This document shows, piece by piece, positions 1 to 13,386 of a stretch of DNA of 64,000 nucleotides. The DNA is taken from contig JAHRHZ010000266.1 of assembly GCA_024137785.1 (NCBI GenBank), positions 46,106,456-46,170,455 on the forward strand, read 5' to 3'. Every line of letters starts with the position of its first letter. Position 1 is the stretch's first letter. The position numbers were made by a program, and so were the translations under genes. The notes beneath the pieces are model-generated. The model made no database searches. It saw only the letters and a program-made list of their open reading frames with translations, and was not told the origin of the DNA. This DNA comes from Ginglymostoma cirratum (Eukaryota).

Positions 1-556
1 GTAACAGTAAAGCAGAAGTTTATTACACATAAATAATACAAATAAAAGAAACTGAGCTGTCTAAATGCATTACAGTTTGAAAAATTTCAAAACATCGTCA
101 TGTCTATTCTCCAACACCATAATTTTACAGGCAGTCAAAATCCAAACAATATTTTTCCCTTTCTGTCCAATCTGTAGATTTGATAGAGCTGCATCTTCTC
201 AGTTCCAATATATGACCTTTGAGGGCTTTTCCCATGACCACTCACACAACAGAACTTAGATTTCCTTAAATCTTTTAATAATCTGCAGAGTTATAACCAA
301 ATATTTCTGGTCTAGAAATTTCACAAATTACACCCTTTCTCTGAGGTAACTTATTTCTTTAACTTCTCTAAACAAACTTCTTTCTAAGAGATACTACACT
401 TGCTTCTGGTCTCCTTCAAACTGAACCAAAATCATTTGAATTATATTAGAAACAACTTGGACATTCTAGATCCTACTAAACTAATAGCTTATTATCATCT
501 TTCTGAGGTCATTAACCAAAGTATAAACAAACTCCCAGTAACATTCCATATTGGTT

Positions 557-773
557 TGCAAGGTCCCCTCCAAGTCACACCCGACACTAATTTGGAACTA
601 TAGTGCCATTTCTTCAGTGTCGCTAGGTCAAAGTCCTCAAACTCCCTTCCTAACAGTAGTGTAGGTATACCTACAGCACATGGACTGCAGCAATTCAGGG
701 GGACAGCTCACCAGCAACGTGTCAAGGACATTTAGGGATTAGCAATAAAAGCCGGTGAAGCCTACATCCTGTG
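557..773 (+). mobile_element. 3' end fragment of CR1-group LINE (family B, same as 41868-43275)
   Basis: Aligns by eye to 43040-43260 (e.g. 'catggactgcagc..ttca', 'tagggat..gcaataaa'). Confidence 0.8.
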
Positions 774-2482
774 TAAATGTTTTCTGTAAAGCCTATTATC
801 ATTGAGTGTTAAAATGGGTGATGAAATGTTACAGTCGTGATGTGGTGGCACTGTGAATTGTGCATAATCAAACTCAGTGTACCAATGCAACGATCGTTCA
901 AAAGCAAAGCAGGTGTCCTTCTGTTATATTGAAGAAATAGGAGCAACCAAATAATTGGCATTTATTTACATGTATGAAAATCTTGAAATGAATTTCAAGA
1001 GCTAGATTTTCTTTCTCCAAGCCAAGAGTTGCAAGGACTCACTCCTAATAACATTGTGCAGATGATTTGGCTGGGACGGTTGACCAGCTTCACTGAAGGA
1101 CACCAGATAGATTGGGTTTTATTGTGCTCTATGTTCCCAAAGAATCAAATTTGACCCCTATTATTAGGTCATCACTTTGCTGTCTGTAGGAGCAAGTTGC
1201 ATACAGACTGAATGCCATATTTTCCGCCTTCAGGGTATTTTCGGTGTGAGGAATGTTAAATAGGTCGGTTGGCTACAGCCCCATTTTCCCACTCACCCCT
1301 GAACTGATCCCCATAGGATAAGGTGAGCAGATGCAGAACCAGTCCATCATAAATAAAATAAATAATTCAGGATCAAAAAAGTCAGTCAGCAGTTAGATGG
1401 AAGTGGGTAGGCAATATTTAAAGGCATACATGAACTAAGGTTGGATCGAAGGGAGGCATTTAATTCAAAGGGTGCTCTGCATGCATCAGGGGCATCTCTT
1501 TCCAAGATGCCATCCCAATCCTTCCATGCAATCTGTCCCCACTTTTATGAGTTCTGGGATTCTTACCCACACTTAAAAACGCTAAGATCTACCGTCTTGA
1601 GCAGCCATTTTCCTCTTCTAACTTCTTCCTTTAGTCCGAGCAGTGCTCACTGCTGAGCTCAGGCAGCATCCAGTGTGCTGAAGCTACTGATGAATCAGAT
1701 TGGCCAGCAGCTCCATGGACAATGTAGCTTCCTGCAGTGTGTAACCGGAGCAGGGTGGGATTCATTGGATGGGGAAGTCCCCCATTGAGTCTTTTGCCTT
1801 ACATTTTAAAAAAGTATTTGTTGGCTTTAGGATGCACTGTGGTTGTGAAAGGTATTATATACATGCAAATCTCCGAAGGGTAGGAAACAACGGCCCATTG
1901 ACAACTTGTGCTGTGAAGCCAGACATGATTCTTGTACACTCTAAGACAACAGGCCATAATTGTTATTTGTTAGAATATGACTTAAAGGAATTTAGGACAA
2001 AATCTTGTAAACAACTACTTTCTATAGTCTTTCCTGGATGGTGAGTCTCTCATGTGTTCTTTAAAATGTTATATGTCAATTACAGATGACAAAATTACCC
2101 ATGTGATTAATTGCAGTCCGAATAAGTAACACTCAATCTTTGACTTATAGATGAATTGTCAGAAACTGCTTTACAAAGTCATTTTCAATTTAAAACCAGC
2201 CACAATGCCCAAACCTAGTTTACTGTACGAAATAACAGTGGCACAGATGGGAGAGTGAGCCCATAAAGTAATCCATTTTATTAAGATCATTAACTCTATG
2301 CCTGACTTGGCATGAAATATTAATTTGCTGATTGCACTGTGTGGTTGTAAGATTTGCATAAATTAATTGTTAATAAAATTGGCATTGCTTTGACAAAATC
2401 AACTTTTCACTAAAGGTTTATGATTTTTTGTAAAGCCTGAATTCTCCTGAAAAGCAGCAAACAGAGATAAGAAGTCTGTTAG

Positions 2483-2790
2483 GGCATAGGAAGAAACATA
2501 GGAACAATTATAGGCCATTCAGCCCCTTCAGCCTGTCCCAGAATTTAAATAACTCATTGTTGATCTGCTTAACTCCGTTTACTACCCTTCCTCCAACATC
2601 CTATAGCACCCTTTAGCTAACAAAAATTGCTCAAAGTCAGTTGTAATTTTCTGGCATCATCTGCTTTTTTTTTTAGGAGTGAGTTCCAGATTTTCACTCT
2701 GCTTTATGTGAAGGATCACTATTGTGTGATACATCATCATTGTACTGAATCATTCTAACTTTAAGGTCACTTTTTCTGTATTCTATGCTC
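2483..2790 (-). mobile_element. Degenerate CR1/HER1-type LINE 3' fragment
   Basis: 'taggccattcagccccttcagcctg' and 'gagttccagattttcac' are reverse complements of the CR1 3' tail/C-terminal motifs seen at 27430-27650 and 44200-44400. Confidence 0.55.
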
Positions 2791-2954
2791 CCCTACTGGA
2801 GAAAACCGTTTCCCTCAGCCCATCCTATCACAACGTATAATTATTCCAAATATTTAGTGCTTTCTGTTAACTCAGCAATACATCTTACTCATGCTGACCA
2901 CTTCTTCACAAGAATTAGTACAAACAGTTCTTTCTTGAGTAATAAGCATTTTGC

Positions 2955-3060
2955 TGATAGAAAAGTGCGTTGAGGCCACAAACAGATCAACTGTGATCTT
3001 ACTGAATGGAGGAGCATTTTCAAGGTGCAAATTGGCTTATGTTTGCTTCTAACTTATTCA
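2955..3060 (+). mobile_element. CR1-type LINE 3' tail relic
   Basis: 'gatcaactgtgatcttactgaatggaggagca...' resembles the tail at 27575-27640. Confidence 0.5.
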
Positions 3061-4384
3061 TTTCTATATTTAACTTGATGCACCCAATTTGTCCATCAGA
3101 TTTGTTTCATTCAACTAAAGTTGAAATTCCAATAGTATATAACCCTTCATAGATATCAATTCATTTGTTTATTCTTTATATAATACATTTGTTGGCATAT
3201 GTCAATGAGTTGGTAGGTGAGTTGGTATATAATTTATTCATTGTATAATATGAGCTACATGTGTGAAGAATGGGGCTAGTTGAAGCCAATCTGTGAAACA
3301 CAAGTTGAGATGTTAATTCAAGTTGAGATAAAGTCTCAAATGACATCTGTTACCATTTCTATGAATAACTGCAATACAGAAACTTAATTACTTTGTCTAA
3401 CTATTGTAGTTGCCCTGTCTGTTGCTTACTTTCAGTTGGCTTTCGTTACTTAAAATTAGGATGTTTTTGAACATAATCAGAAGATTCATGTAGCAAAGGG
3501 GTTAGCATGACACCATCAGAACACGACAATGATCAATACGAAAGTCTACCATTATTGTCAAAATCAAGTTTTTGCTATGTATCACTTCAGGAAAGACATC
3601 TGATGGAAATGTTATTATTAGCAAAAGTAATCATGTACTTCTGCATTGGTAATGTCTGTACATATATGGTAATGCTGTGCGAGGTTGCTTCCCGGATTCT
3701 TAGCAAAACTAGGGTGAAGGCAATATCAAATTGACATTTCTAACTTACGGCTCACTCAGAACATCAATGGCGCCTACATTTGATACAGCACAGAGCTGAA
3801 CCAGTTCTCTGTTAGCCATCAACGTGCATCAATAACGTAGCATCAAGTACAACTTTCCAAAAATGGCCTTCTCTCAAATTGAAAATATTTTCAATCTCCA
3901 TGTTATCACTTAATGCTGATTGTCCTAATATGAATTCCCAGCTTTTATCTCAGATTTCCATGAAACAAATTAAGCCAAGTTTAAACTATTGAAAAACTGA
4001 TGTTGTATTAGCTCATGTTGACAAGTTACAGATGTTTTTGTCAATAGCATAATTTTGGTTAAGAAAAGCCAGTTGAATTGTTTAAGATTGAGGAAGGTTT
4101 TAAGTGGTTAAGGAATTAAAGATATTTTCTGCTTGTTCATGAGGGACACAGACCGAGCATGAGAGAAAAATGTTTTTAACCAGGAGAGTATGAAGGTTAT
4201 GAAAGCAATGCACTGAGATGCTGGAAATCCAAAATAAAAACTGATAGCATTGCGATATCTGCTTGGTATTTCAATAAATCTTCTGTTTTACAGTGAGTAG
4301 CTATTGAGGCTGAGCCCACGGCAAGGAATTTGCCCAGAGTTGTTCACACTACCCTGCTATTGCTTCACCAAAACGTAGCAGAAA

Positions 4385-4667
4385 GAAAGAAGGAATTTGT
4401 ATTTAACTAGCACTTTTCATGACCACAGGACTTTCCAAAGTTCTTCCTTGTAAGTGTCTTTGAAGTGTAGCCATTGATTTAAGATTAGGAAACACAGCAG
4501 TCAAGTTGCACACAAGGTGGTGTCACAAATAACAAGAAAAACCATGAGGTAATATGTCTTTAGCAAAGTGGTTGAGAGATAAGCATTGGCCAGGACACGG
4601 GGTAAAATATCCCATTCTTCCTGCACCTTTTTTGAAGTGTGCCATAGGATCTTTTACATCCACCTGA
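4385..4667 (-). mobile_element. Deu-domain SINE fragment (SacSINE1/AmnSINE-like, 3' half)
   Basis: Reverse complement reads 'tcaggtggatgtaaaagatcctatggcac...gtgtcctggccaat...ctacacttcaaag...', matching the recalled Deu domain and an L2-like tail. Confidence 0.7.
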
Positions 4668-5374
4668 TTTACAGTGAGCAGCTGCAGCAATTCAGTTTAT
4701 AAATATCAAAAAAGATGCAATGAGTTTTTAGTTTAACTTTTTGAGTTGAAAACTTCACATGATGAAGTCAAAGCCTCTGCCAGCCGCACTGTTTCATGCT
4801 GCGCCCAACATTTCACCGTCTGTCAAATGCTGACTTGGTTGCATGCCAAAATTCTAAAAGTTTGTTAGCCAGAACAACAACTTTTGTGTGGATTTCTTTT
4901 AAGGAAAAGATCTGATATTCATTAAGCTCTGAATTACATTTTTTTCCTTTAAAACTGAAGCCAAGAATTGAAAAAATGCCTCTGGGAACATAAAAACTTT
5001 GTTCTTTATTCCTCTGAAATTGAGCCATGTGTGAGTAACATGACATTAACGAGAACTGTTGCTTATACAACTTGCGGTGGGACACACTAAAAGTCCAAAT
5101 TAATCAGTTGAAAATCAACTTTCAACTTTCAAAGTCTATTAAATAGATAACACACTGCATCACAATTACATTGGGAGAGATTAAACTAACAATGTAAATC
5201 ATCCTTTCAATAGCCTGCACATAAATTAAAAATATGAATTCTGCAATAATTTTCACATTATATTTACCAGCATAAACTGAACGATCAAAAGAGAGAATCC
5301 TTATGCTGGTGATCTCAAATACAATGGATAAAAATGGAAGCAGGGTAATTCAATAAAAACAGGAGCTTGAATAG

Positions 5375-6565
5375 TTAATCAACTTTACTAACACATTTTA
5401 CCCCAACCTCAAGTTCACCTGGACCATCTCCAATACCTCCCTCTCCTTTCTGGACCTCTCTGTCTCCATCTCTGGTGACCGCCTTGAAACCGACATCTAC
5501 TTAAAGCCCACTGACTCCTACAGCTACCGAGACAACACCTCCTCTCACCCACGTTCCTGCAAGAATACGATCCCCTACTCCCAATTCCTCCACCTCCACT
5601 GCGTCTGCTCCCAAGATGCGGTGTTCCACTCCCGCACATCCCAGATGTTCTCTTATTTCAAGGACCATATCTTACCCCCTCCCATGATTGAAAATGCCCT
5701 CAACCACATCCCTTGCATTTCCCGCACTTCTGCCTTCACATCCCCTCCCCCCAACAAAATCCCCATTGTCCCCACATATCACCCCACCAACCTCTGTATC
5801 CAACGTATCATTCTCCACCACTTTTGCCACCTACAATCCAACCCCACAATCAAAGATATATTTCCCTCCCCACCCCTATCTGCCTTCCGTAGGGACCGCG
5901 CTCTCCACGAATCTTTCGTTCACTGCACACTCCCCACTAGCCCCACCAACTCCGGCACATTTCCCTGCAATTGCAGGAAGTGTTACACCTGCCCCTACAC
6001 CTCCCCACTCACCTCCATTCAAGGCACCAAACAAACCTTCTACATCAACTTGGTCTACTGCATCCCCTGCTCCCAATGTGGCCTCCTCTACATCAGTGGG
6101 ACTAAGTGGAAGCTTGGAGACCATTTTGTAGAGCACCTGCGTTCTGTTCACGACCAACAACAACACTTTCCAGTCACGAACCATTTTAACTCCCTCTCCC
6201 TGGGTGGCATGTCCATCCTGGGCCTCCTCCAGTGTCACAGTGATGCCACCCGCAAACTGGAGGAGCAACACCTCCTATTCCACCTCGGGAGCCTACAGCC
6301 CAATGGCCTAAATGTGGATTTTACCAGTTTCAAAATCTCCCCACCCCCGGCCTCATCCCATGACCAACCCTCCCTCTCATCCCCACCTCCTCGACCTGAC
6401 ACAACCTGTCCATCTTCTCTCCCATCTATCCACTCCTCCCACCTCACTGACCAATCCCCACCACCCCCTACCTGCACTCACCTATCACCATCCCACCTAC
6501 CTCACCCAGCCCCACTCTCCTCTCTCTATTTATTTCTGAGCTCCCTTCCCCCTCCCCATTTCTGA
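5375..6565 (+). pseudogene. PLE ORF remnant: RT thumb + Cys linker + GIY-YIG endonuclease
   Basis: Stop-free frame LINFTNTFYPNLKFTW..FLDLSV..DIYLKPTD..SSHP..CKNTIPYSQFL..PCNCRKCYTCP..NLVYCIPCSQCGLLYISGTKWKLGDHFVEHLRSV..LQPNGLN. No N-terminus or start codon; YIGET is degraded to YISGT. Confidence 0.9.
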
Positions 6566-6594
6566 TGAAGGGTCCCGACCTGAAACGTCAACTT
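6557..6594 (+). ncRNA. Minimal type-I hammerhead ribozyme motif in PLE pLTR (weak stem I)
   Basis: CTGATGA(6562-68)-A-GGGT cccg ACCT-GAAA(6582-85)-CGTC; only about 2 bp of stem I are visible. Confidence 0.6.
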
Positions 6595-8028
6595 TCCTGC
6601 TCCTCTGATGCTGCCTGGCCTGCTGTGTTCCTCCAGCTCCACACTGTGTTATCTTTGACCCCAGCATCTGCAGTTCTTACTATCTCTGAGTTAAAAGTTT
6701 AAACCTGTTGGAGATGATGGATTAGGGGCTGAAACAGGATACGGATGTGCAAATAGCTTGTCCCAATTGATACTGATCTCATTTGTGTCTCCTGGAAGTC
6801 TTGAAGCTCTAACGAAAAGTTACCTGCAGTACAATGATGTCCAAATCGGGAAATAACCTAAATAAAGGCAATAATAATGTGCATCATGTTACATGGCATA
6901 TTTGTCACATGGAGAATATGTATGTGATACAAATAAGGCTGTGGATTATTGAAGTAGTTTGAATCTACCCAACCAGGATGGAAAATTAATAGTTGAAGCT
7001 ACATTAAGATGGTACATTCTGAGAACTGATCATCCTAGAAGGTTTATCTGTGGGTAATAAATCACTCACAGTTCGGTACTGGGGTGTGCACCAGGTTCCT
7101 GCTATTCTAGTGTTAATTGATATGTCATGGTGCTCTGATTTTTGGGAAAGGCTAATATGCTGTCTTGGGTTTTAAGTAACTTTAGTTGTCTTTGTGCTGG
7201 TTTTATTTCAAGAAAATGGCTTTTCAGTTACAGTAGAATCCATTTCATTAATGGCCTTTTGGAGGTCTATAAGGAGAACACAATAACAAGAATTGTAATG
7301 TTATCAACAAGGCTATATACACTGCTTTCCTTTAGCGGTCACATAAAACCATATGTCTTGTATTAAAGTTATGAACTATCTGCACGTTAGAAAAGGGTAT
7401 TCTAGCTAATATTTGCTGCAAAAGTCATTATATTTAAAGAATTTGATATTACATAAGAAATTACACTGTAGAAACAATGTCCTCCTGTTACAAGATTGTG
7501 CTAGTCAATGTTTACCAAGAACAGCAATCAAATTGTGTGTTAGCTGTTACATAAACAAACACCAAAGATATAAAGCTAATTAGTAGTTAATTTCTGAAAA
7601 TAAAATTGAAGTATCTGCTATATGACATTAAATGCAACCCCACAACTACCATATTTCATTATGCTATGAATCTCCTAGCTCCTGGCTATAAAATTGTGTT
7701 CCATTATGAAGCAGTTCAACATCTCTGCAGTTCTTACTTTCATTGGAGACCAGAATATTTGTTAATTTTAACCAGTAGTCCTTTGGTATGTATCTGAGTT
7801 CTCAGTTGTAAGCATATATTAACTCTTGTTCCATATTGGTGTTGGCAATAGCAGGAATTTTGTATTCCACTGAGTCCAGGGATTCCCTAGCTTTGGTTTT
7901 ATGACTATGTTAAATCCAACCTTCTAAAGTGAAATGGCAAAATATATTTCTTCTAATCCCAACATTGTTCTCTCTAGGGTAATTCCTTCTCCTACCATAC
8001 TCCTCCATCTTTTTAAACCACTACTTCC

Positions 8029-8340
8029 TAGCACTGCTGCCTTATAGCACCAGGGACATGTGTTCGATTCCACCCTCGGGTGACTGTCTGTGTGGAGTTT
8101 GCACCTTCTCCCCGTGTCTGCGTGGGTTTCCTCTGAGTGCTCCAGTTTCCTCCCACAGTCCAAAGATATGAGGTTAGGTGGATTGGCCATGATAAATTGC
8201 CAGTAGTGTTCAAGGAATGCCTAGATTAGGGGGGTTAAAGGGTCTGGGTAGGATGCTCTGAGGGTCACGTGGACTTGTTGGGCTGAAGGGCCTGTTTCCA
8301 ATCTGTAGGGATTCTATGATTCCATGATTCTATGATTCCA
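8029..8340 (+). mobile_element. HE1-type V-SINE, slightly 5'-truncated
   Basis: B-box 'gttcgattcc', V-domain 'gtgtggagtttgcac.ttctccccgtgtctgcgtgggtttcctc', CR1-like tail ending in (GATTCYAT)n. Confidence 0.9.
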
Positions 8341-10543
8341 TCTTTAACCTCTCCTTTATTTGCAAACTTCTTGAATATGATGTCATTTCCTAGTTCCTAG
8401 TTATGAGAGTGGACATCCACTCTCATTATCCACTCATTAATACCAGTTATGACTTTCCGACTTATCCTTCCTTCTCATCTCAGATCTTCCCTACAATCAA
8501 GCATTAGCAATTTTTCTCCCTTATCTATACATTGGCCTAACAAGGGGTCAGCTTCAATTCATGACTTGATTAATCCCAGGCCTATCACCTTTCTCAATCC
8601 GTATAATGCATCTGTGCTATGACTGCTTATGCAGCATCCCAACTTGGGTAAGTCACTATTCTACAACTAATGATCAGGAAGACCACTTTTGGCCCTATCT
8701 GCAAACTCTATACCTCTGCCACTGACTCCATCCTCTAACACATTTCGCTTCGGGCGAAATGAGTTTAATTTCAATCTTGTTCTCATATTCGACTATAAGC
8801 TTAGTTTTTGACTCTACACAATTGTCATCATTGCCACTTCTTACTTTGACAAAGTTTCTCCTCTCCACCCCTACAGCAGTATGGAGACAGTGAATTTGTA
8901 TCCATATCTTGGCGATCTCCTATTTGAACTTTTAAATGCACTATTTATCAACTGCACTCCTCAGAAATTAAATAATCTAAAAGCCCTTCCTATATTCCAC
9001 CTGAAAATGCCCTGTTTGTGTATCATTCCTACATGCATTAATCTACAATGTATTAATAGTATCCATTGTGTTTAAATCCCGCTTTGGCTTTATTTATCTG
9101 TTAAACATGCCATATAAATGCATTTTCTTAAATTTTTGCAGTAATAGATTCCTAGCTATTCTCTCCTTGGGAGCCCTAAAAGGAATGAATATAGTTTGAA
9201 GCGTTTCTTTTAATATGGATGCTATCTCAGTTCTCTATTATAGAAAAATGACGCACATTACATAAGAATTTACTGGGACTTTTACCATTTTAAGAAGAAA
9301 CCTCCTCATCCAGAATGCATGTGATGAAACATCTCAGCTCCTTTTCTATTTTATTTCTGCATGACACCAACTTTTTTAATCCACATTGGAAATTTTGTAT
9401 GATGTGTTACCTCTCACAGTTAATATGTCAGTATAACTTCTAGCGACATGCTTGTGATATCATTATCCTATCATAACACGTGATGTGAAATTTTAGAGGT
9501 CTCAGATTCTCTCTTAACTCGAAAACTTGAAACATGACATACTGACAGAGACATGCTACTCTTGTAACCAAATAGCTTGATGTTAACCCAGGAACTGAAA
9601 TGCCTATAAACATAACATGTTTATATATTAGTGAGCTGTAACAAACATCTGTTGATGTTTAAATATCATGTTAACCCCTACTGTGGCAAAAGACACACCA
9701 CCATACATGGAGACTGCTATAGAAATGTAAACCTTTGGAGGCTGATCAATAAGCATATGATTAAGCAATATCCTCTTCAGCTGGCCTGCCAATATCAATT
9801 GTTAAGAATCACACAAGAATACCCACTTTAGTGAGATATTGAAATGTTATTATTATTGTTGGAAGAATACTTAACATGAACCTATATTTTCGCAAGGCAG
9901 AAAATGATTTACTTAGTAGATGCCCATACAGCGAATACAATTCATGGCCACTTAATCCAAGATCCATACTTTGTACATCATCCACATAACAGTTTAGTAA
10001 TTGTACTGGTCACTTCAAAGCCAATATATTACATGAATCTTTTGATCGATATTGTTTTTAAAACCTTGTCGCAGCTACAAGTTTGGTGTGAAATTATTGA
10101 TGAGTATTTACATGAAAGAATGTGCTAGATACTAATTCATTTCAATGTTCAAGTGACAGCTAAATATAGGTTCCCATTTTAGCTCTTTTAGATTTTTAAG
10201 TACTTGTGAAACCCAAATCATGCGTGCATGGATATTAATGAGCAGGTGCTGTGCTTTAGTCTGCTATGTTACCCAATGATGCATTCGAGAGGAAAATCAA
10301 TTATAAGTCCCAGCCATGTTAATCAACTCTTCAATCCTGGCAGCATTTCTAACACTCCAACTGTAGTTATATGCACATATTTTAATTCTTGCTGTGTTCT
10401 GGTTTAAACAAGTTTTTTAATGCCACAGTACAAGGGTCGTGGTTTTTGTAATGGCATTCATAGCCTGAATGCATCATTTTAAACTTACCACATTAATTCG
10501 TCCACCAAAATTACTAAAATTACACATTAAAATCTAAGCTTAC

Positions 10544-10613
10544 CAGGTCTACATGTGGCAGACAAGGTTTTGTATCAATAGACACCTCCAGGATTGAACT
10601 CGGAGAAAGAAGT
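10544..10613 (-). other. Candidate internal exon (70 nt), unidentified gene
   Basis: Minus strand cttttaatacAG|...CTG|GTAAGC; one open frame, xLLSPSSILEVSIDTKPCLPHVDL. No homology recognised. Confidence 0.2.
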
Positions 10614-13117
10614 CTGTATTAAAAGATAGTCGACATTGGACTGCAAGAGCTCATTTGCACAGTGAAAGTAAACTTCAAGATTATAAATTTACTAGTCTTC
10701 AAGGCATCACTGAAATGAATTGAGAAGCAACCATGTTATAACATGTGTCCAGTAAGCTCTGACAGAAAGAGTCCCATCTATTTACATAAGAGCTAAAGAT
10801 GCCAAGTTCAACAATCAAATTTTTCTCCATCCCCCTGTAGTACGCTGCCTCTTTTTCTCCCTCTCCCAACAGATTCCCACTTACCCTGAATGCTCATAAA
10901 CACAGTTTTGACTCAATAGATTTTCTTTCTGCACCTACTAAACATAACAGAGTAATTATTTACAACATCTTAACTGTTGCAGAACTTTCTGCCTGAACTA
11001 AACATTGTTGCTGCTGTTAGTCATTACTGTAAAATACTTAATCCCTTTCAGAGTCAGAGTCATTCACTTCTACCTCCATCTGTTGTTTCATTAACTACTG
11101 AAATAGGAATCCTCCAGGACCAACCTCATGCTCCTTGGAAGTGTTATGGAGCTGGTAATGGTTTGGGAAATCTCTCTTTTCAGGTTTTAAATTTACAGTC
11201 ACTGTAGAATAGGACACATTTCTGGTAGAATGAGACTTTCATCTGTCACAAAAATCTGCCCTACTCTTGGGCTAAACACTGGCCTATAATTAAAATTTTT
11301 GTTTAATTTAAGTTTTGATTTAACGTAAATACTGAAGATAGGATTCATAGGAAAACATTTATGAAATCGAGGTGGAATGGTACAGCAGGAAAGCCTGCCA
11401 CAGCAGAAGGGTTTAGTCAAACTGTGCAAAAGTGGCATTGCTCTGTGCAGCAATGTCATCAGCTTTTCAGAAGGTTTTGCTCTGTAAGTTTCCCTTTGTA
11501 TCCAGCTTTCAACTATTTGCCTCATCTGCCTATTCACCACTGATATTCTTTATGCAATTGGTTCTGGTCACTGAAAAATAAGAAGGCACACAGAGGCAGA
11601 GATGTGGTGAAATGTATCCTTACAAAGTCTTCTGTGTTCTCCAATCCCACAAAAAAGGTCTGAATCCCACTGTTCACCAGTGGGTGAGCATAAAACTTGC
11701 ATTTGGTGGGGTTTCCGAACTACAACTGAACAGACTCCCACTGCATTACTGTCTGTGCTAATTTTACAGTCACGGACTGTTCTTTTTAATTCTTTTAATA
11801 TTTACAGGAAAATAATACACAAAGTCACGTCAGACAGGTGCTTTCAGTATTTGCCTATGAACATTCACTGGAGATTCTGCCTTGTAAGGTCTGAAGCGAA
11901 CAAAGTTTCTCATTGTTGGTTGTTCTGCAATGGGAATGGAAGTCAAAAAGAGAGGTGCCTTAACTTCAGCTGTATAAATTCTGAGGCAGAGTGAGAGCAC
12001 TGAGAAACCAAATGCACGGTTGAGGATCTTATCCTGAAGGATTTTGAAACCCATAGTCCTACTGCAGTAATAGAAAATGGGCTGGATTTCAGTGTCCCCC
12101 AGTGGGCATGTTTTTGATTGGGGCACACAAAATATGTCACCAGCTAGCCTATTGACTTCCCATCTACCCCTAATCACACCTGTAATATGGGGTTTGGGTA
12201 AGGCATCCAGTAACTTGCCTGCATGTAGGTATATTATAGTTCCAAAGTACCCATAACACCCATTTAAACTTCATTGTTACTTTAAGATGAGCAGTAGAAG
12301 GTATGAAAAAGGGAGAAAGCCTTCTTTCTAAAACAACTTTAATTAATGGCACAGGCGACATCCCCAAACAAATACTATCCCCCACCTTGTACTTCCCTGC
12401 CTGGTTCCAAAATCCACACCTCCATCACCCCTCTCCCTCTTGCTTGGGACCTAAACCCCCCACCAGCCAAAAAGCTGGGATTTACCTGGGTCTGGTGTCT
12501 ACCTTCAGGCTCATAGGCCTGCCTGCAGTCCCAGCAACATCCACTACTGAGCATTGGTGTCATTAACATTTATTTTCAAAAGACTTTTAATAAGGCCTCA
12601 TAACAGAGTATTGAGTAAGGTCAAAGAATGTGAAGTCAATGGACAATTGCTAGAATGCTTCTAGACTAAAACCAAAGAATATCGAGTAGGTTTGAAGGGT
12701 GGCAGAAATTGGAAAGTGATGCTAGAGCCATTTTTGCTCCCAACTTACATCAATGATTTGCACTATAGAATCAAAAACAATTTGTAAATTTGAGGATAAC
12801 ACCAAATTTGCCGAAAGCATTGTTTATATTCAATGCAGAGGAGGGCCACAAAAAATTATAGGAAGACATTAATAAACTTATAGAATGGTGAATAATTCGC
12901 AAATGAAGTTCCACACAATAAAAGATGAGGAAATGTTTTTGGTAGAAAGAACAAGGAAGTTATGTATTACTTGCAAAGTGAAAATCTATGTGGGAGAAAG
13001 GAGAAATAGTCCTGGTAAAAATATATTAATTGCTGGGAGTTGTACAAGGCCATAAAGTTATTTCTAGAGGGACAGAACTGAAAAGTAGCCAAGTTATTTT
13101 AACCTTGAATTGAACCT

Positions 13118-13386
13118 TGTGTTTTCAAATGCAGGTAGGTCTGAGATAACATGGGTTTCGTTAACGTAAATTGGCTGTAACACGATTGATGAATAGTGGA
13201 TGCTGTTTGGATAATGCCAACTTTCTGCTGTACAGGCATAGCGATTTTCTATAGCATTTTCCCATGGCAATTTTCTATAGCACAATTTTCTATAATGCCA
13301 TGTCATACAAGAACACAACTATCATGTTATAGGAGAACTATCTGTAAACCTGTTGCACAAAACCTGGTGTCGTGTGATTTTTAACC
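13118..13386 (+). mobile_element. PLE pLTR 3' fragment interrupted by a MITE, flanked by an 11-bp direct repeat
   Basis: 'tgtgttttcaaat'+'aaacctgttgcacaaaacctggtgtcgtgtga' matches the reverse complement of 21330-21376; flanks ttgaaccttgt at 13110-13120 and 13387-13397. Confidence 0.7.
13132..13344. mobile_element. MITE-like non-autonomous DNA transposon (Tc1/mariner-pogo-like)
   Basis: Imperfect 22-bp TIRs caggtaggtctgagataacatg / catgttataggagaactatctg, TG/TA flanks, three internal 'attttctata' repeats. Confidence 0.65.

Larger units (their letters stand above)
5360..6686 (+). mobile_element. 5'-truncated Penelope-like retroelement (Neptune-type) with 3' pseudo-LTR
   Basis: Encodes the RT C-terminus, a Cys-rich linker and a GIY-YIG endonuclease, followed by a C-rich 3' region, a hammerhead-like core and the end 'ccagcatctgcagttcttactatctc' also seen at 16738 and 63852. 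Confidence 0.92.

Noticed and set aside
4759-4833. Possible C/D snoRNA (ATGATGA...CTGA)
   Set aside because: No convincing terminal stem or recognisable rRNA guide; both motifs are short.
5688-6539. Pro-rich and Gly-rich overlapping ORFs
   Set aside because: Alternative frames of the C-rich PLE sequence.
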